DNA of 64,000 bases, from the NCBI RefSeq assembly GCF_009914755.1, contig NC_060936.1, one strand, 5' to 3'. Both the position numbers and the translations under genes were made by a program. The notes beneath the pieces are model-generated. The model had not been told where the DNA came from and searched no databases. It was given only the letters and a program-made list of their open reading frames with translations. The stretch comes from the human T2T-CHM13v2.0 reference genome, Homo sapiens. Shown one piece after another: positions 1 through 14,169 of the stretch; position 1 is the stretch's first letter, and every line of letters starts with the position of its first letter.

Positions 1-1199
1 TGTGTGTTTTTTAAAAATCTATGTGAAGGAAGGCACAGTATACATACTTTTTTGCACTTTGATATAAAATAGTTTATATTCTAGAACTTTACACACTTAC
101 GCATATATAGATCTACCTTACCCTTTGTAATAGCTGTGTAGTGGTCATCGTCTTCATATATTATAATTTATTTTAAAAAATCTCTCCATTGATGGGAGTT
201 TATGTTGTTTCTAGTTTTTTTCCTCATTATAAACAATGCTGATGTGAACATCTTTGCCTTTCCTTTGTGTTATCACCATCTCATGGTTCTTTGCTTAGAT
301 TCTTTTGTTTAATTCTTTTTGGAGCTCTCCAGTAGAGTGTGTCCATTTGAAGAAGATAGAAGTTTGAAAGTGAGGTGGCAGTCCCATATTACAGTCAGTT
401 GATTTCTTAAATATTCTCTTCTAAGAATATCTTCTTGAAAAAAAATAATTTTTTGCTTTTATCACTTTTCACTTACCTTTTTTTTTTTGAGACAAATATC
501 TGTAATAGAGAATTCCTGATCATGGAATTTTCCTGATGAATTCCCAGCCAATAAACATCTCCTGATTAGTTGAATTATAAATTGGCATTAGGAGAAAGTC
601 CTGGGCACAAATATAGAATTGACACCTGCTTGCCAGACAGACAGGGATGTGCTATAAATATTGGGACAGGGTTAAATGTACAAAGTCACATTGTGCATTT
701 TTTCTCTCTCATAAATGTGTAAGTAGCTCTCATGTTTTTCCTAAGGACCCAAGCTTCAAGCTTGACTTGTTTGGGCAATTAATTAATTGAGGTGTTCAGT
801 GAAATGGCTATGTTGTTCTTTTCTGTTTTTAGATCTGGCAAAAGTATTATCATGGACTCTTCTAGCTAATAAGAAGATCTTTCTGATGAAAGTTACTTTG
901 GTATAAAAAGCTCTAGCCTGGAGAAGTTGGGAAAATCATTTTTTTTCCCAAGAGTCTCAACTTCTTAATCTGTGAAATGGGTTGGTTGGATCAGATGGTC
1001 TTCAAGACCTTTCCAGTTCAGTGATTCCATACCACTGTGAGTGTCATTGTGGCCTGTATATGTGTCTCTGATGTCCCTGGCTTGGGGTGTTTGTTTCCCT
1101 AGGTAGGTCAGTGTGTTAATCTTGGCAAAAGGGACTTATCCAGGCCAGGACTAGGATTTTTAACTCACCCCAGTGTCTGAAACAAAGTGGTTACTGGTC

Positions 1200-1700
1200 C
1201 CTCAACAGTCATGTAGAAGTAGGTTTGGATGTGTGTAGCAGAGAAAACCAAAATAATAAGGGATTATACAGGATAGAAGTTAATTTCCATCTCTCACCTC
1301 TAATGTGGTGGCTCCATGATGTCAAAAAGACCCAAGATCCTTCTAGTTTCTGCTCTGCCATCTTTGGCTTGTGACTTCCATCCTCATGGTCACCTCATGG
1401 TTGAAGATGGCTCCCAGAGTTCTGGCCATCATCTCCACCTTCCAGGCAGGCCCTGGAGGAAGCAGATGTCCCAATAGCCATTTTGACTGTTTTTAAGCTG
1501 TCTTCTGAGAAGTCCCACCCCATGCTTTTACTTATATCTCATTGACCAGAAGTCAATGACTCATAGTCAATGGCCACGCTTAGCTGCAGGGAAGGACAGA
1601 AAAAGAAATTTTCAGCTGCCTCAAATAAACTTGGGGTTCCCTTTTTAACAAGAAAGGGGTGGAAGGATGTTGGCATAGGCAATTGAAAATATCTTCTAGG
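1200..1700 (-). mobile_element. Old MaLR LTR remnant (MLT1K/L-like), boundaries approximate
   Basis: Degenerate MLT1 motifs: 'aagatggctcccagag', 'cttatatctcattgaccagaa', 'ccacgcttagctgcagggaagg'. Confidence 0.55.
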
Positions 1701-2462
1701 ACCAGGATTTGGCCATTTAGTCTGAATCAAAACAGACTTTTCCACTAGTAGGCTTGGGGCTTCTCCCTTTGATTGGGCTCGTGGATGCAGAGCTTCTCAG
1801 CCACTGCTGAATTGATAATGCTTTATGCTAAGGACCCTCTTCCTGGAGCCTGAACCTCCAGGTCAGCGGACTCTCTCTTATTCAACTGCCTCCCCGTAGA
1901 TCCTGGCATGGTGCTGGCCCATAGCAGCCGTTTCATGAGCGCTTGTGGTCTGATCATGGAATTTTTTGCTGATTTTATAGGGGATAGGAATTTCTCTTAC
2001 TGGCTTCTTATTATGAAGATGTATATAAGAGTTTGTCTTTCCCACTGGACACCAAAGGATTGCTGTAGTCAGGGATGTAGATATTTTTCCTGGGACTCTC
2101 ATAGCACAGCTCCTGGCAGGCAGTTGGTCTTTGTAAATATTTCCTGGATTATATTCTGTCTGTGGGCAAGTGGCTGTGGCCAGGGATAGTGCTGGGCTGT
2201 GTGTGATGTGATGAAGTTCATAGTTTTTGCATCCTCCTCTTGTATCTTTGCCTTTCCCCACTTCCTGACTGTTTGCTTTTCCTGATCACACAATTCTTGT
2301 TGGTCCAGTTGAAAATGTCCCATCCTGTGACACCACTGCAAAGGACCCAACCCCCTATTTTCCATGGCGCTTCCTCCCAACCTAATGACTCAGCCCTGTG
2401 AACTAGAGAAGGTGAGGTTTTCCCCATCACCTCCCGCTGAAACCAACTCATGATAGACTACA

Positions 2463-2695
2463 CAGTGGTTCTCCATGTGGGGTCCTGCACTGGCCACATC
2501 AGCACTCCCTGGAAGCCTGTTAGAAATGTACATTCTCGGGCCCCACCTGCCGAGTCAAGTGGGGCCCAACGATCCATGTTGTACCAACCCCCCTCGGTCC
2601 CTTCAGGTTCTGAGCCTTGCTCAGGGATCTGTATTTTCAGCAAGCAGTACAGGTGATTCTGATGAAGGGGGTTCAGGAGCCACAATCCGAGAGAT
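2463..2695. mobile_element. MER5A-like hAT MITE fragments
   Basis: 'cagtggttctc...gttagaaatgtacattctcgggccccacc' and 'caggtgattctgatg'. Confidence 0.65.
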
Positions 2696-3803
2696 GTCCT
2701 CTGTTCAAGATGGGATCAGATAGGTCCTTGGCGCTGTTCATGAGAAGGTTCTGTGTGTCACCAGACACCAGGATGCACCTAAAATGATAACACCTCCAGA
2801 TGGACTTCTCTGCTCACTGGGAGGCAAGGCTCTTCCTCTATCCCCTATCTCTTTGTTTAATATTCCAGTTGCTTTATCTTAGGGTGCAGGCTGTTGTGGG
2901 GATAAATGGGGTGTGGGGAGAGCTGAGGGGGCATTGTGAACAATGTAGTTGTGAGGAAGGGGTTGAACTGACAGATCTCTTTCCAGCGTACTCTTTGCAG
3001 CTGATCCTGCTCCTAGAGCCTGTAGCATCATGGGGTTGGTGAATATTCCTAAGCCTCTGCATGCTAGTTTGGCTTCCTTCTTAACTGTGATCCCCCAGTT
3101 CCAGGGAGCTGTGCTGCAGCTGCCACTCACTGGTGGTCATGGTGGACTCTGGATGGTGGTGCCCCTGGGAGAGGCTGCATTTGCATTTCTCACCTTTACA
3201 ATTAGGGGCTTGTGGGAAGTTCAACCCAGGTCAGGCAGCAAATAAAGACAGAGTCCACAAACTCTCACATGATGTCCTGCCAAAGCTGGGACTAGCCTGG
3301 GAGTGCCAAATTATGATTTGGAACCTCCAAACTATATCTCAAATGTTACACTTCTCTTCACCTCCATGGATCCCACCTTTGTCCCAGCTGCTGTCATCTC
3401 TCCCTCTTCCTTCCAGCTGGCTGATTATCCACCTGTGGGCCCATGGAGGCTCTTGCTGCTGGATTTTTTTTTTTTTTTAAGCTGAGGTGAAATTTATATA
3501 ACATAAAATTAACTATTTTAAACCGAACCATTCAGTGTTACTTAATACATTCACAACGTTGTGCAACCACCATCTCTACCTACTTCCAAAACACTTTCAT
3601 CCCCCAAAAGGAAACCCCATACTCATTGAGCAGCCACTCCCTAATCCTCTGCCCCAGCCCCAGCAATCACTGATCCGCTCTCTGTCTTTATGGATTGGCC
3701 AAGTTTGGGTATTTTATGTAAATTGACTCGTACAAATATGTGACCCTTTGTGTCTGGCTTCTTTCACATAACATAACAGTTTTGAGGTCTATCTATGTTG
3801 TAA

Positions 3804-4142
<339 letters not shown>

Positions 4143-4153
4143 TAATAGTTGAA

Positions 4154-4478
4154 TTTTTTGTTTGTTTGTTTGTTTTTTTGTTTTTTGAGACGGAATCTCT
4201 CTCTATTGCCCAGGGTGGAGTGCAGTGGTGTGATCTTGGCTCACTGCAACCCCCTCCTCCCAGGTTCAAGTGATTCTTGTGCCTCAGCCTCCTGAGTAGC
4301 TGGGATTACAGGTGCATACCACCACGCCCAGCTATTTTTTTTTGTTTTTTTTGTTTTTTAGTTGAGATGGGATTTTGCCATGTTAGCCAGGCTGTTCTCA
4401 AACTCATGACCTCAAGTGATCCACATACCTTGGCCTCCCAAATTCTTGGGATTACAGGTGTGAGCCACCGCTCCCGGT
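4154..4478 (-). mobile_element. AluS, full length
   Basis: (TTTG)n tail; TSD-like 'attcctttt..tagtt.aa'. Confidence 0.93.
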
Positions 4479-4856
4479 CAATTCCTTTTTATAGTTTAAC
4501 CCTATTCCATTGTTGGGGTAGACCACATTCTGCTTATCGGGTATAAGTTTATCTGCCATCCGTTAATGGACACATGAGACCCATGGAGTCCTTTACAGAG
4601 GCAGTTGCATCATGTCTCTTGTCTGTATACGGTGCTACCTTAGAGCCTCCCCACTGCTGCCCCTGGGACAGAGTCCTGGTTCCCCAGGCCAGCTGCAGAA
4701 GCCCATCCAGCCTGGCCCCACCTGATGTATCCTGCACCACTTCAAGCTGTCTCCTGCACCTTTCCTGGCCACTTACCCTGGCTTCTCTGTCTTTTGAAAA
4801 GCCAAGCTCTTTGCCCTTAGGGCCTTAGATAGGCTTTTTCCTTTTCCGTATTTTCA

Positions 4857-5300
4857 TGGTTGTCTGAACTTAGGTCTTTCCAAAAGCAGACCCCAAGACA
4901 AAGATTTGGGTACCTGTAGTGCATCGGAGAGGTGCTTGCAGGCAGGATGGTGCGGGAGCAGGAGTGGAGCAGGAGAGGGAGGAAAGACAAGCACAGGTGT
5001 GTGAGTGAGTGAGCAGGTCACTGCTGTGGGCAGCTGGGGCTCAAGCCCCACTGAGTGTCCTAAAGAGGCATGAAGGAGCTGGGATATTGATCCATTGGCC
5101 TTCCTCCCTTCTCTATTTGGGTTCTACCCAGAAGCATCGACTTGCTGACACTGCCAGCAGCAGGCTTAGAATGCTAATATGGCCAGAGAGAGAGCCCAGG
5201 TAGAGAGAGGTAGGTGTTCCAGGTAGGAGGTTGTTAGCATCCTGGGGCCGTCACCAGTGCCGCAGGTGACCTCCAGGGGGCACCAAGGGGCTGTGGCTTT
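4857..5300. mobile_element. LTR16-like ERVL LTR
   Basis: 'caaaagcagaccccaagacaaagatttgg', 'gagcaggtcactgctgtgggcagctggggctca'. Confidence 0.6.
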
Positions 5301-5460
5301 GCTGCTGCCACTGGCTCACCCTGGATCCTTTAGCTGTGACGTCAGTGTTCTCACTTCAGACAGGCTTTCCTGCACCGCCCCAGCCCAAGCAGGCCTCCCC
5401 TGTTCTCTCTCCTACCACCCTGTTCATTTCCTTCCTAGATGTGATAGCTTGCCAGGATAA

Positions 5461-5771
<311 letters not shown>

Positions 5772-6240
5772 ACGTTGGCGTACTTAAAGTTGCATTTGCC
5801 TCCTGGGTGGTGAACTTCACAGCACCAGCACTGATATTTGCAGGCAGTGGCATCCCTTGTGCTTGGTGCTGTTGTGGTACATGGTGGATGCTTGGTTGAT
5901 GGTGTTGAATGAACAGACCAGGGTTCCTCTGCTGTCATGGCCTCCTCCGCTGGTTCCTTAGAGGGGCCATGACTTCAGGAGCAGACTCGATGTCCCAAGA
6001 CCAAGTCTTTAGTGTATGTCACCAGAGAAGGTCACAAAAGCCCAAGATCCAGGGAGCATAGAGCAGCTGCACTTATTTATTTTTCTAAACCAGACTTGGT
6101 TGTATTTGGATTTTGTAGTTCTTCCTCTTCTTCTCCTCTCTTTTTTTTCTAAAGGGCCTGACTTCTGAGGACAAAGATGTTGGGGACATTTCTGGGAGGT
6201 TATTGCATATTTTCTCTCAAGTGGTCGCCTCTGTTTGTCA

Positions 6241-6432
<192 letters not shown>

Positions 6433-9400
6433 TCAGATGTGGGCTTTGCTTTCTCTGCTGCGTGTAATTTGGTTTTCTGTCCCTGTTCCCTTTTCTTCAA
6501 GCTTTGGGCTTTTCTGCTGAAGTTAATTCCCGGGAGCATTAGGTGTTGATTTTGTATTTGCTTGTTTATTGCAGTGCATTCAGATGGCTATTTTGATAAG
6601 TCTGGTGCTTCTGTTTTCTGGGCTCAATTTTTGAGAAACATTTTGTTCGGAAAGCTCCGAAGGCCAGAGAAATGCACGGAAGAAAAGGCTGAGAAAAGTT
6701 GATCCGTGACAGGTGGGGCGGTCAGCACCGACGTTTCACCCACATGGGACGTTTTACAGACCTGTATTGATTTATTTCCTCTCAAAACCCTGGGTGTTTG
6801 TATTTAAAAGTGTTGAGAATGCTGAGAAAGAAGGGAATCAGGGTATTGTTAAGAGACAGGGGAGGTGAAGCAGATGGTAGGCCTGAAGGAGATGCATTCA
6901 TTCCTTTGTTAAGAAAAGATCAGCAGAACCCCACACCAACCCAGTCTCTGATGTGGCGCCTGGAATAGAAGATGAAAGATGTCCTCAAAAGATTTACATT
7001 CTCTAGAGGGAGACTGAGTTTCAGTCTAATGTGGTAACTATTATGGTAATAACGTGTTCAGGGAGAGCATGGTGAGGGGCGGGGTGAGGCAGAATTGAGA
7101 TGCCTGGTATGGGAAGGTCAGGGAAAGCTTCCTGGAGGAGGTGATGGATGGACAATTCAGTTTTGGGGTGGGGAAAGAGAGAGAGAAAGAAAGATGAGAT
7201 GAAGTCCCAGGCTTGGAAACTGTTAGGGAAGAGTGTGAGATTTTGTGGTGTGGATGAGTAGCCAGGCCAGGGGGTTCTGTGATGTTCTGATTTGTTCTGA
7301 CATATGTTCCCAAGGATAGGGCTAAGGCTCTCTGGCCTTGGGGATTGAATTATAGTCATAGTCAGGATCTTTTGGTTGCAGGCAACAGAAACTTAAGTCA
7401 AACGGCTTTAAGAAAAAAAATTCCCATTTGATTTCTATAAAGGAAAAGTTTAGGGTTTCTGGCTTCAGGAATGGTTGGATCCAGGAACTTAGGGAGTTCC
7501 ACTGGATCCTCGTCTCTTTCTTTTCATCTCTTGGCTCTGTATTTGCCTGTGTTGCGTTTGTTCTCAGGTGGTCTTCTCATAGTGATTAGATGGCTGTCTT
7601 TTGTTTCAGCCAGCATCCTTGCCTTTCCATAGGACCAACAGGATGGCATGCGTCTTCCCTGATGGCACTAGAGTCCCAGAATTGAGTGTGGCAGCCTGGG
7701 GGCACTTATGTGAATGCGGAAGGGAGAGGTAAGCCAGGGCTACCCTCTGCTCATCCTCCCGGCGAGCGCTGCCGTGGAGGTGCCCGGCTTTCGCGAGATG
7801 GTGTTACCGAGGCCCCACTGCCTGCTCATGGTTTGTTGGGGGGAAGTGGAGAGCAGGCCTTGTGGTACTGGCTTCAAGGGGTGGGATGCCGCAGGCATTG
7901 GTGCAGTAGGGGTGGCCTGTGGATTATGGCTTTTTCTTGATTGTAGTGGCTGCCTTATTGCAGTGGCTTCCAGATGGTGGTTGTGGCGTGATTTTGGAGC
8001 TAGCAGCTGTGGTGACAACATCCCAATTCAGCTGGTGGCATCTTCATCTTACAAGAGAAAACAGCTCCCTTGGTGCCCTGGATCTGCCATGTGGCTTGCA
8101 GGGTCGTTTCCGGAACGTTGACCTGTAGAGCTCATTCCTTCCACCTTCTGGTGATTCTGTAAGGACTTTGCCCCTGGGAAAAACAACTCTGCTTCACCGA
8201 ACTGGAGTGGATTCTGTTCTCTGCAACAAAACCCTGCCTAACACGTTGAGTGTCTCTGGGCTATGGCTGTCACCCTGGGGTGAGGGAGTGAACTGGGGCT
8301 GGTTTTGGCCCAAGTCCCTGTCATTTCCATGGCATCCGTGGTAGAACAGCCCTCACAGAAGTGCTATTTGGGTTAATGGCATGTTCCCAGCTACCTACTT
8401 CCTTTTGACAGGGCTGTTATTAGAGCTGACATCTTACTGGGACTCAGTAGTGCATTTTATGGGCCCTGCTAAGCTTCCTTGCAAGTAAGCCTCATCTATG
8501 GGCAGTTTGAAAAAGCAGAAACAAAAACAAACCCACGTGAGCAAAACTTCTGGCCTTAGATGGCCTGGAGTCAGAGGGTAGGAATGAGTCCCAGATACCC
8601 CAGCATTGACCTCTTGGTTCAAGCAGAAGTTTTTAAAAAGGACATGCACCTTACTCTTAGACAGGCATGCTCCTAGGGAATGGAATGCAGAGCATGTCAG
8701 CTCCAACACTACTTCCTGGACTCCCATCTCTCTTCCGGACTGCATCCAGTTTCCAGGTGTGAGCTCCCTGTGCCCCCTAAGTTTTGTGTTCACGGAGCTC
8801 ACTGCAGTGTGTGATTACGGACTCTGTGGTGGGATTAGTTGATAAATGTCTGCTGCTTTTATTAGGCTGCTAGGCTGGAAGCTCCAAAATGCCGGGCCCT
8901 CGTCCCATGCCTGACGGAGAGCACGTGCTCAATGCACATTTGTTGAATGAGTGATCGCGTGAGTGAACGGGTGGGCGTGAAAGTCTCCAGTGCCCCAGAA
9001 GTGAGTGAACGGTGGTGGGCGGGGGTAGGGCGAGTACCTCCTTTAAAACAACGATTCTTAACCCATTTCGTGCCACGGGTCCTTTTAGTAGTTAGATGAA
9101 GTTGTCTGAGAAAAATGTCTTTTAAATGCATATCGTAAAATACAGAGGATGACAAAAGAAACCAATTTTATTGAACTCCAGATATCAAAATATAAGGAAA
9201 AAGAAATTTGAGATATGGTAATTTGCTTTTCCAACATGCTTAAATACCAAGATACAGTGGGGTATAAAACAGGCATCATTCTGAGGTCATGGTGAGCGTA
9301 AATGATATTTCGAGATCTGAAAAAATGGGAATGGGATATAAAAATACCTGTGCTTCTCTTGGAGGCAAGATCACAGGTCCTGCTGACACACATAGGTTTG

Positions 9401-9619
9401 CTGCTTCAGTTTGTGATGCTCTATTTCAGCTGGGGTTTCATGATGTGAGTTTTTTCCATGCACATTCATGGACCCCTGAATTATGTTTACTCACCCCAGG
9501 CCCTGGACCCCCTGTTTAAAGGAGTGTTGTCTGGACTCATCTGGATGTGACTCGTGACTCGAGATTCCCTCTTTCCTCTCACTCTCCTTTCTGTACGACA
9601 GTGGGTTTCCAGCATCACC

Positions 9620-9806
9620 TTCTGTTGAGCCTTCAGAGGAAGCATGGTTCCGCTGGCACCTTGTTGAGCCTTCAGAGGAAGCGTGGTTCTGCTGGCACCT
9701 TGGTTTTGGACTTCTGGTCTCCAGGGCCATGAGAAAATACGTTTCTGCTGCTAGAAGCCGTCCAGTCCATGGCGATTTGTCATGGCACCCCTAGGAAACT
9801 AACACA
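9620..9806 (+). mobile_element. MLT1 3' fragment with internal 39-bp tandem duplication
   Basis: 'gagccttcagaggaagc..gctggcaccttg', ending 'ctaggaaactaacaca'. Confidence 0.75.
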
Positions 9807-10188
9807 GTTTCTAAAGCTCTCCTTGCTATAGATGTGTATGAATAGAGTTTGATGACCAATGTGTATAAGTTTTCTTAGCATTGGCTGCACTTGGTGTATC
9901 TGTGGTCCACCTGTTCAAGGGAGGTCTCCTTCCTGCAAATGAAATCGGACTAGAAGGCAGACCCGTGGGGAGCATGGCAAGTCCACTCAGTTCTGGTTTG
10001 AAGTTCTGTCCCAGCATGTAGCAGGTCCTCCAAAGATCTGTTGTGAATGAATAGAATAACAACGAGTATTTTCTGAGATACTTAACTATATGCCAAGTCC
10101 TGTTCTAAAATACCATAGGAGAGCTCCCTTTTTAATCCTCACATCATCTCCATGAACCCAGTCCTAGTATCACCCCCATTTTTAAAAA

Positions 10189-10436
10189 TTTTGAGTCAGG
10201 GTCTCACTTTTTTGCCCAGGCTGGAGTTTAGTGGTGTGATCATAGCTCACTGTAGCCTCAACCTCCTGGGCTCAAGAATCCTCCTGCCTCAGCCTTCTGA
10301 GTAGCTGAGAATAGAGGTATGTACCACCCTGCCTGGCTAATTTGTTTTATTTGTAGTAGAGATAATGTCTTGCTATGTTTTCCAGGCTGGTCTTGAACTC
10401 CTGAACTCAAGCAATCCTCCCACCTCAGTCTCCCAA
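10189..10436 (-). mobile_element. AluJ (5'-truncated) inserted in a MIR (~10070-10550)
   Basis: AluJ motif 'catagctcactgtagcctcaacctcctgggctcaag'; TSD 'tatca..cccatttt'; MIR core 'gaggaaactgaggcccagagaggtt' follows. Confidence 0.88.
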
Positions 10437-11031
10437 TATCATTCCCATTTTATCCTCGAGGAAACTGAGGCCCAGAGAGGTTGAGTGATTTGTTCCAAAT
10501 CACACAGCCTATCAGTGGCAGAACCTGGCCTTGAGCCTAGTTGGAACCACTCCAGAACTAAGCTGACTCTAGGTGGAGATGCAAAGCCTGAGGACATCCC
10601 AGTGCTAGGATCTCTTGTGTCCCTTTCCCTCTCTACATTCAGCTGGAGGAGGAACCCCGTGCACTTGAGGTGTTTGTCCCTCTAGGGTGTCTGAGGATCA
10701 CACTGGACAGTTCGGAGCCTGAGCCTGCAGGCCTCCTTTGTCCTTCAAGATCTCCTGTTCTCTGGGGCCAGGGTGCTGCCAAGCAGCAGTTGTCCCCTGG
10801 TCCAGCCCCAGAGCCTCCCACTGCCCACTGCTCCATCCTGTTAGTCCACTTTCTTTTTTTAAATTATGTTAAACACATAACATAACATTTACCATTAGTG
10901 CCGACTGGTGCTCACTTTGCTGTGCAGCCACCACCTCTCTCTAGTCCTAGAACATTTTCTTTTTTTCAATTTTTATTTTAGAATCGGGGTACATGTGCAG
11001 GTTTGTGCTCTTTTCTCTTTCTCTCTCTTTC

Positions 11032-11034
<3 letters not shown>

Positions 11035-11081
<47 letters not shown>

Positions 11082-11177
11082 TACATATATACACACACAT
11101 ATACATATATACACATACATATACATATATATATACACATATATATATACACACACACACACATATATATATATATA
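11035..11177. repeat. Compound (TA)n/(CA)n microsatellite
   Basis: Directly visible; source of the spurious YI/TH ORFs. Confidence 0.97.
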
Positions 11178-11178
11178 A

Positions 11179-11647
<469 letters not shown>

Positions 11648-13226
11648 TGATGTTGAGGTTTTGAGTACAAATGAGTCTATCACCCAGGTAGGGGGTATAG
11701 TACCCAATAGGTAGTTTTTCCAGCCCTTTCCCCCCATCCCTCTTCCGTCATAGTCCCCAATGTCTGTTGTTCCCATTTTTGGGTCTGTGAGTACCCCCGT
11801 TTAGCTCCCACTTGTAAGTGTAACCATGCAGTATTTGGTTTTCTGTTTCTGCAGACCTGAACGAATGCAGACCTGCAAATGTAGCCACAGCATTTGCCTC
11901 ACCCTGAATGGAAGCCCCATACGTATTAGCAGTCACCGCCAACGCCCCCTCTCCCCCCAGCCCCTGCCCACCACTAACCTCCTTCCTGTCTCTCTGAGTT
12001 TGCCTATTCGGGACATTTCTTGTCAATGGAATCACACACAATGCAGCCTTTGTGTCTGGCTTCTTTCACTTAGCGTGATGTTTTTGAGGTTCACCCACGT
12101 TGTAGCCTGTGTCAGAATGTCATTCTTTTTATGGCTGAATCATATTCTATTGTATGAATATGCTGCGTTTTGTGTATTCGTCGGTTGATAGACGTGGGTT
12201 GTTTCCATCTTTTGGCTATTGTAAATAATGTTGCCACGAACATGAGTGTGTACATTTTTCCCGAACACCCATTTTCAGTTCCCTTGGGTCTATGCTCAGG
12301 AGTGGAATTGCTGGGTGACAGGGCAGCTCCATCTTCAACTTATTCAACTTATTGGGGAGGCTCAGTGCTTCTGGAGTGAGAGCAGAGGTGGGTGTGAGGC
12401 ATGACCGCGCTATGGGGAGAGGATGGCACAGCTCTGTGCAGTGCTGGCCCCTCAGGGAGCTGCTTCTGCCAAACCAGCTTCCGGCCTGGGGACCCAGGGC
12501 CCAGACCCCGCTGATGTGGGGCCTTGCTTTCCCAGGCTGCATCTTCCCCAGTGTTCTCTGTTCAACACCTCCTCTCGGCCACTGTCACTGGTATACACCC
12601 AAGGGAACTGAAGGTGGGTGTCTGGACAAAAATTTTACCAGCCAAGTGCCAGCGAAGTGGTTCCGACTGTGCTGGCTTATGGTAAGGAGACCTTCCTCCC
12701 CTCCCCAGAGAAGGTCAGTTCATTCACATGACAGCGAGACCCCCTTGAACAAAACCTTCAAAGCCATGCGAAGGGATGATGGCTTGTCCTCATCTAGGCA
12801 GCCGTTGCAGGATGGCTTTACTATGAAAATTCCCTCCTAGGTGAGAGTGCTGGTGGCAGCTCCTGAGCCGCTGAAAGAAGCATGGTGGAGTGGAAATGTC
12901 TGGCCAGGGGCCTTTAGGTCACCCCTGCCCCCACCATCTGCGTGAATTCACTTCCCTCTCTCGGCTTCCCCCTCAGTTTCCCCATTTGTGCAATTGGGGC
13001 GGATGGAGCTGGGCAACTGTTTCCCAGACATCAGTCAGCACCGACCATCTCTGCTAGTTTTTCCACTTAAAAGTATTTACCCAGGACGAGAGCAATTCTG
13101 AATTACTAGCACTAGTGGAAAGCCCGTATCCCTTGAAATAATTCTAAGGCAACAACAAAAGTACTTTTGTTGGTTTCCTCTCGTTTTATTGGTTGTTATT
13201 TTTCTTTTCACTTGGTTTCTTTTCAG

Positions 13227-13445
13227 AATCATTTTATAAAAAAAGGGCAATGTTGAAAATGAAGAACCTTTCCTTGTTCCCAGATGCCCCCCCAGGCAGC
13301 CCCCCACTGCAGTTCAGGAGGGAGGAAAATGACTTGCTACTCTGGCCCCCACCATGCCTGCCAGGAAAAGACCCCCCGCAACCAGGCAACTCTTGCCCCT
13401 CCCGCCCACCCCTCTGCAGGTTGATCCTGGTCACAGGTGGCCGAG
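13227..13445 (+). other. Candidate cassette/cryptic exon, 219 bp
   Basis: Acceptor 'tttcttttcacttggtttcttttcAG' and donor 'GAG|GTAAGA'; length 73x3 with one open frame; no homology recognised. Confidence 0.3.
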
Positions 13446-14169
13446 GTAAGAACTGTTGGGATCAGGTTGGAATTCTGACCCTGGAAGGTCACAGCCAGGG
13501 CAGTCTGTGAAGAGCACATTGCCCTCTGACTCCTGAGACAGGCAGGACCCAGGATGGGGGGCTTCGATGGGGCCTGTGCAGTTCTGTGTAGCTAGACTTG
13601 GAGGGGCAGCAGCTGCTCCCCGGCAGGAAACAGTGTCAGACCTAGCTGGTCTCATCTGTGAAATGTTTGACGGTTCCAGCACCCCAGCCCCTTGCTCATA
13701 CAGAATGTCGGGGGATGGGGGGGGACTTAGCCCTGGGAACAGGCCTGGCAGCATTGGTTCTTCTGCCAGGTGGGCAGATAGCCCAGGCAGTGCCGGGGGA
13801 GTGCTGGGCAGATGTCCCAGACCCTTCCAGCCTCTGGCTTGTCCCACATCACATCCTTGCAGGTGTCCCAGGCTTGTCCCACTACCCCACACCCCAGCAG
13901 TCCTCCAGGGTCCAGGCTCTGAAATGGGGTCCCGAGCTGCCAGGTCAGGCCTCCCTGGGGATACCTGAGTTGATTCACCCGACATCTCTGCAGCCAGATG
14001 CAGGCTGGGCTAGTGATAATAACAAGGACCATTTTAACACAAAACGGGACCCTCGTGTGCTTCTTCCACTGGAAGGATGGGCAGAGCCATTCCACTGACC
14101 AGTGGGGATTGATCTGGGCCCTGGCAGTGACTGGCGCTGCCTCTCCAGTGATCCAGTGATCCTGCTGGC

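Noticed and set aside
776-789. Palindrome CAATTAATTAATTG
   Set aside because: Low-complexity (AATT)n, expected by chance; weak on its own.
13431-14098. Overlapping 122-184 aa ORFs on both strands
   Set aside because: Stop-poor GC-rich sequence open in several frames, with no domain or splice support.
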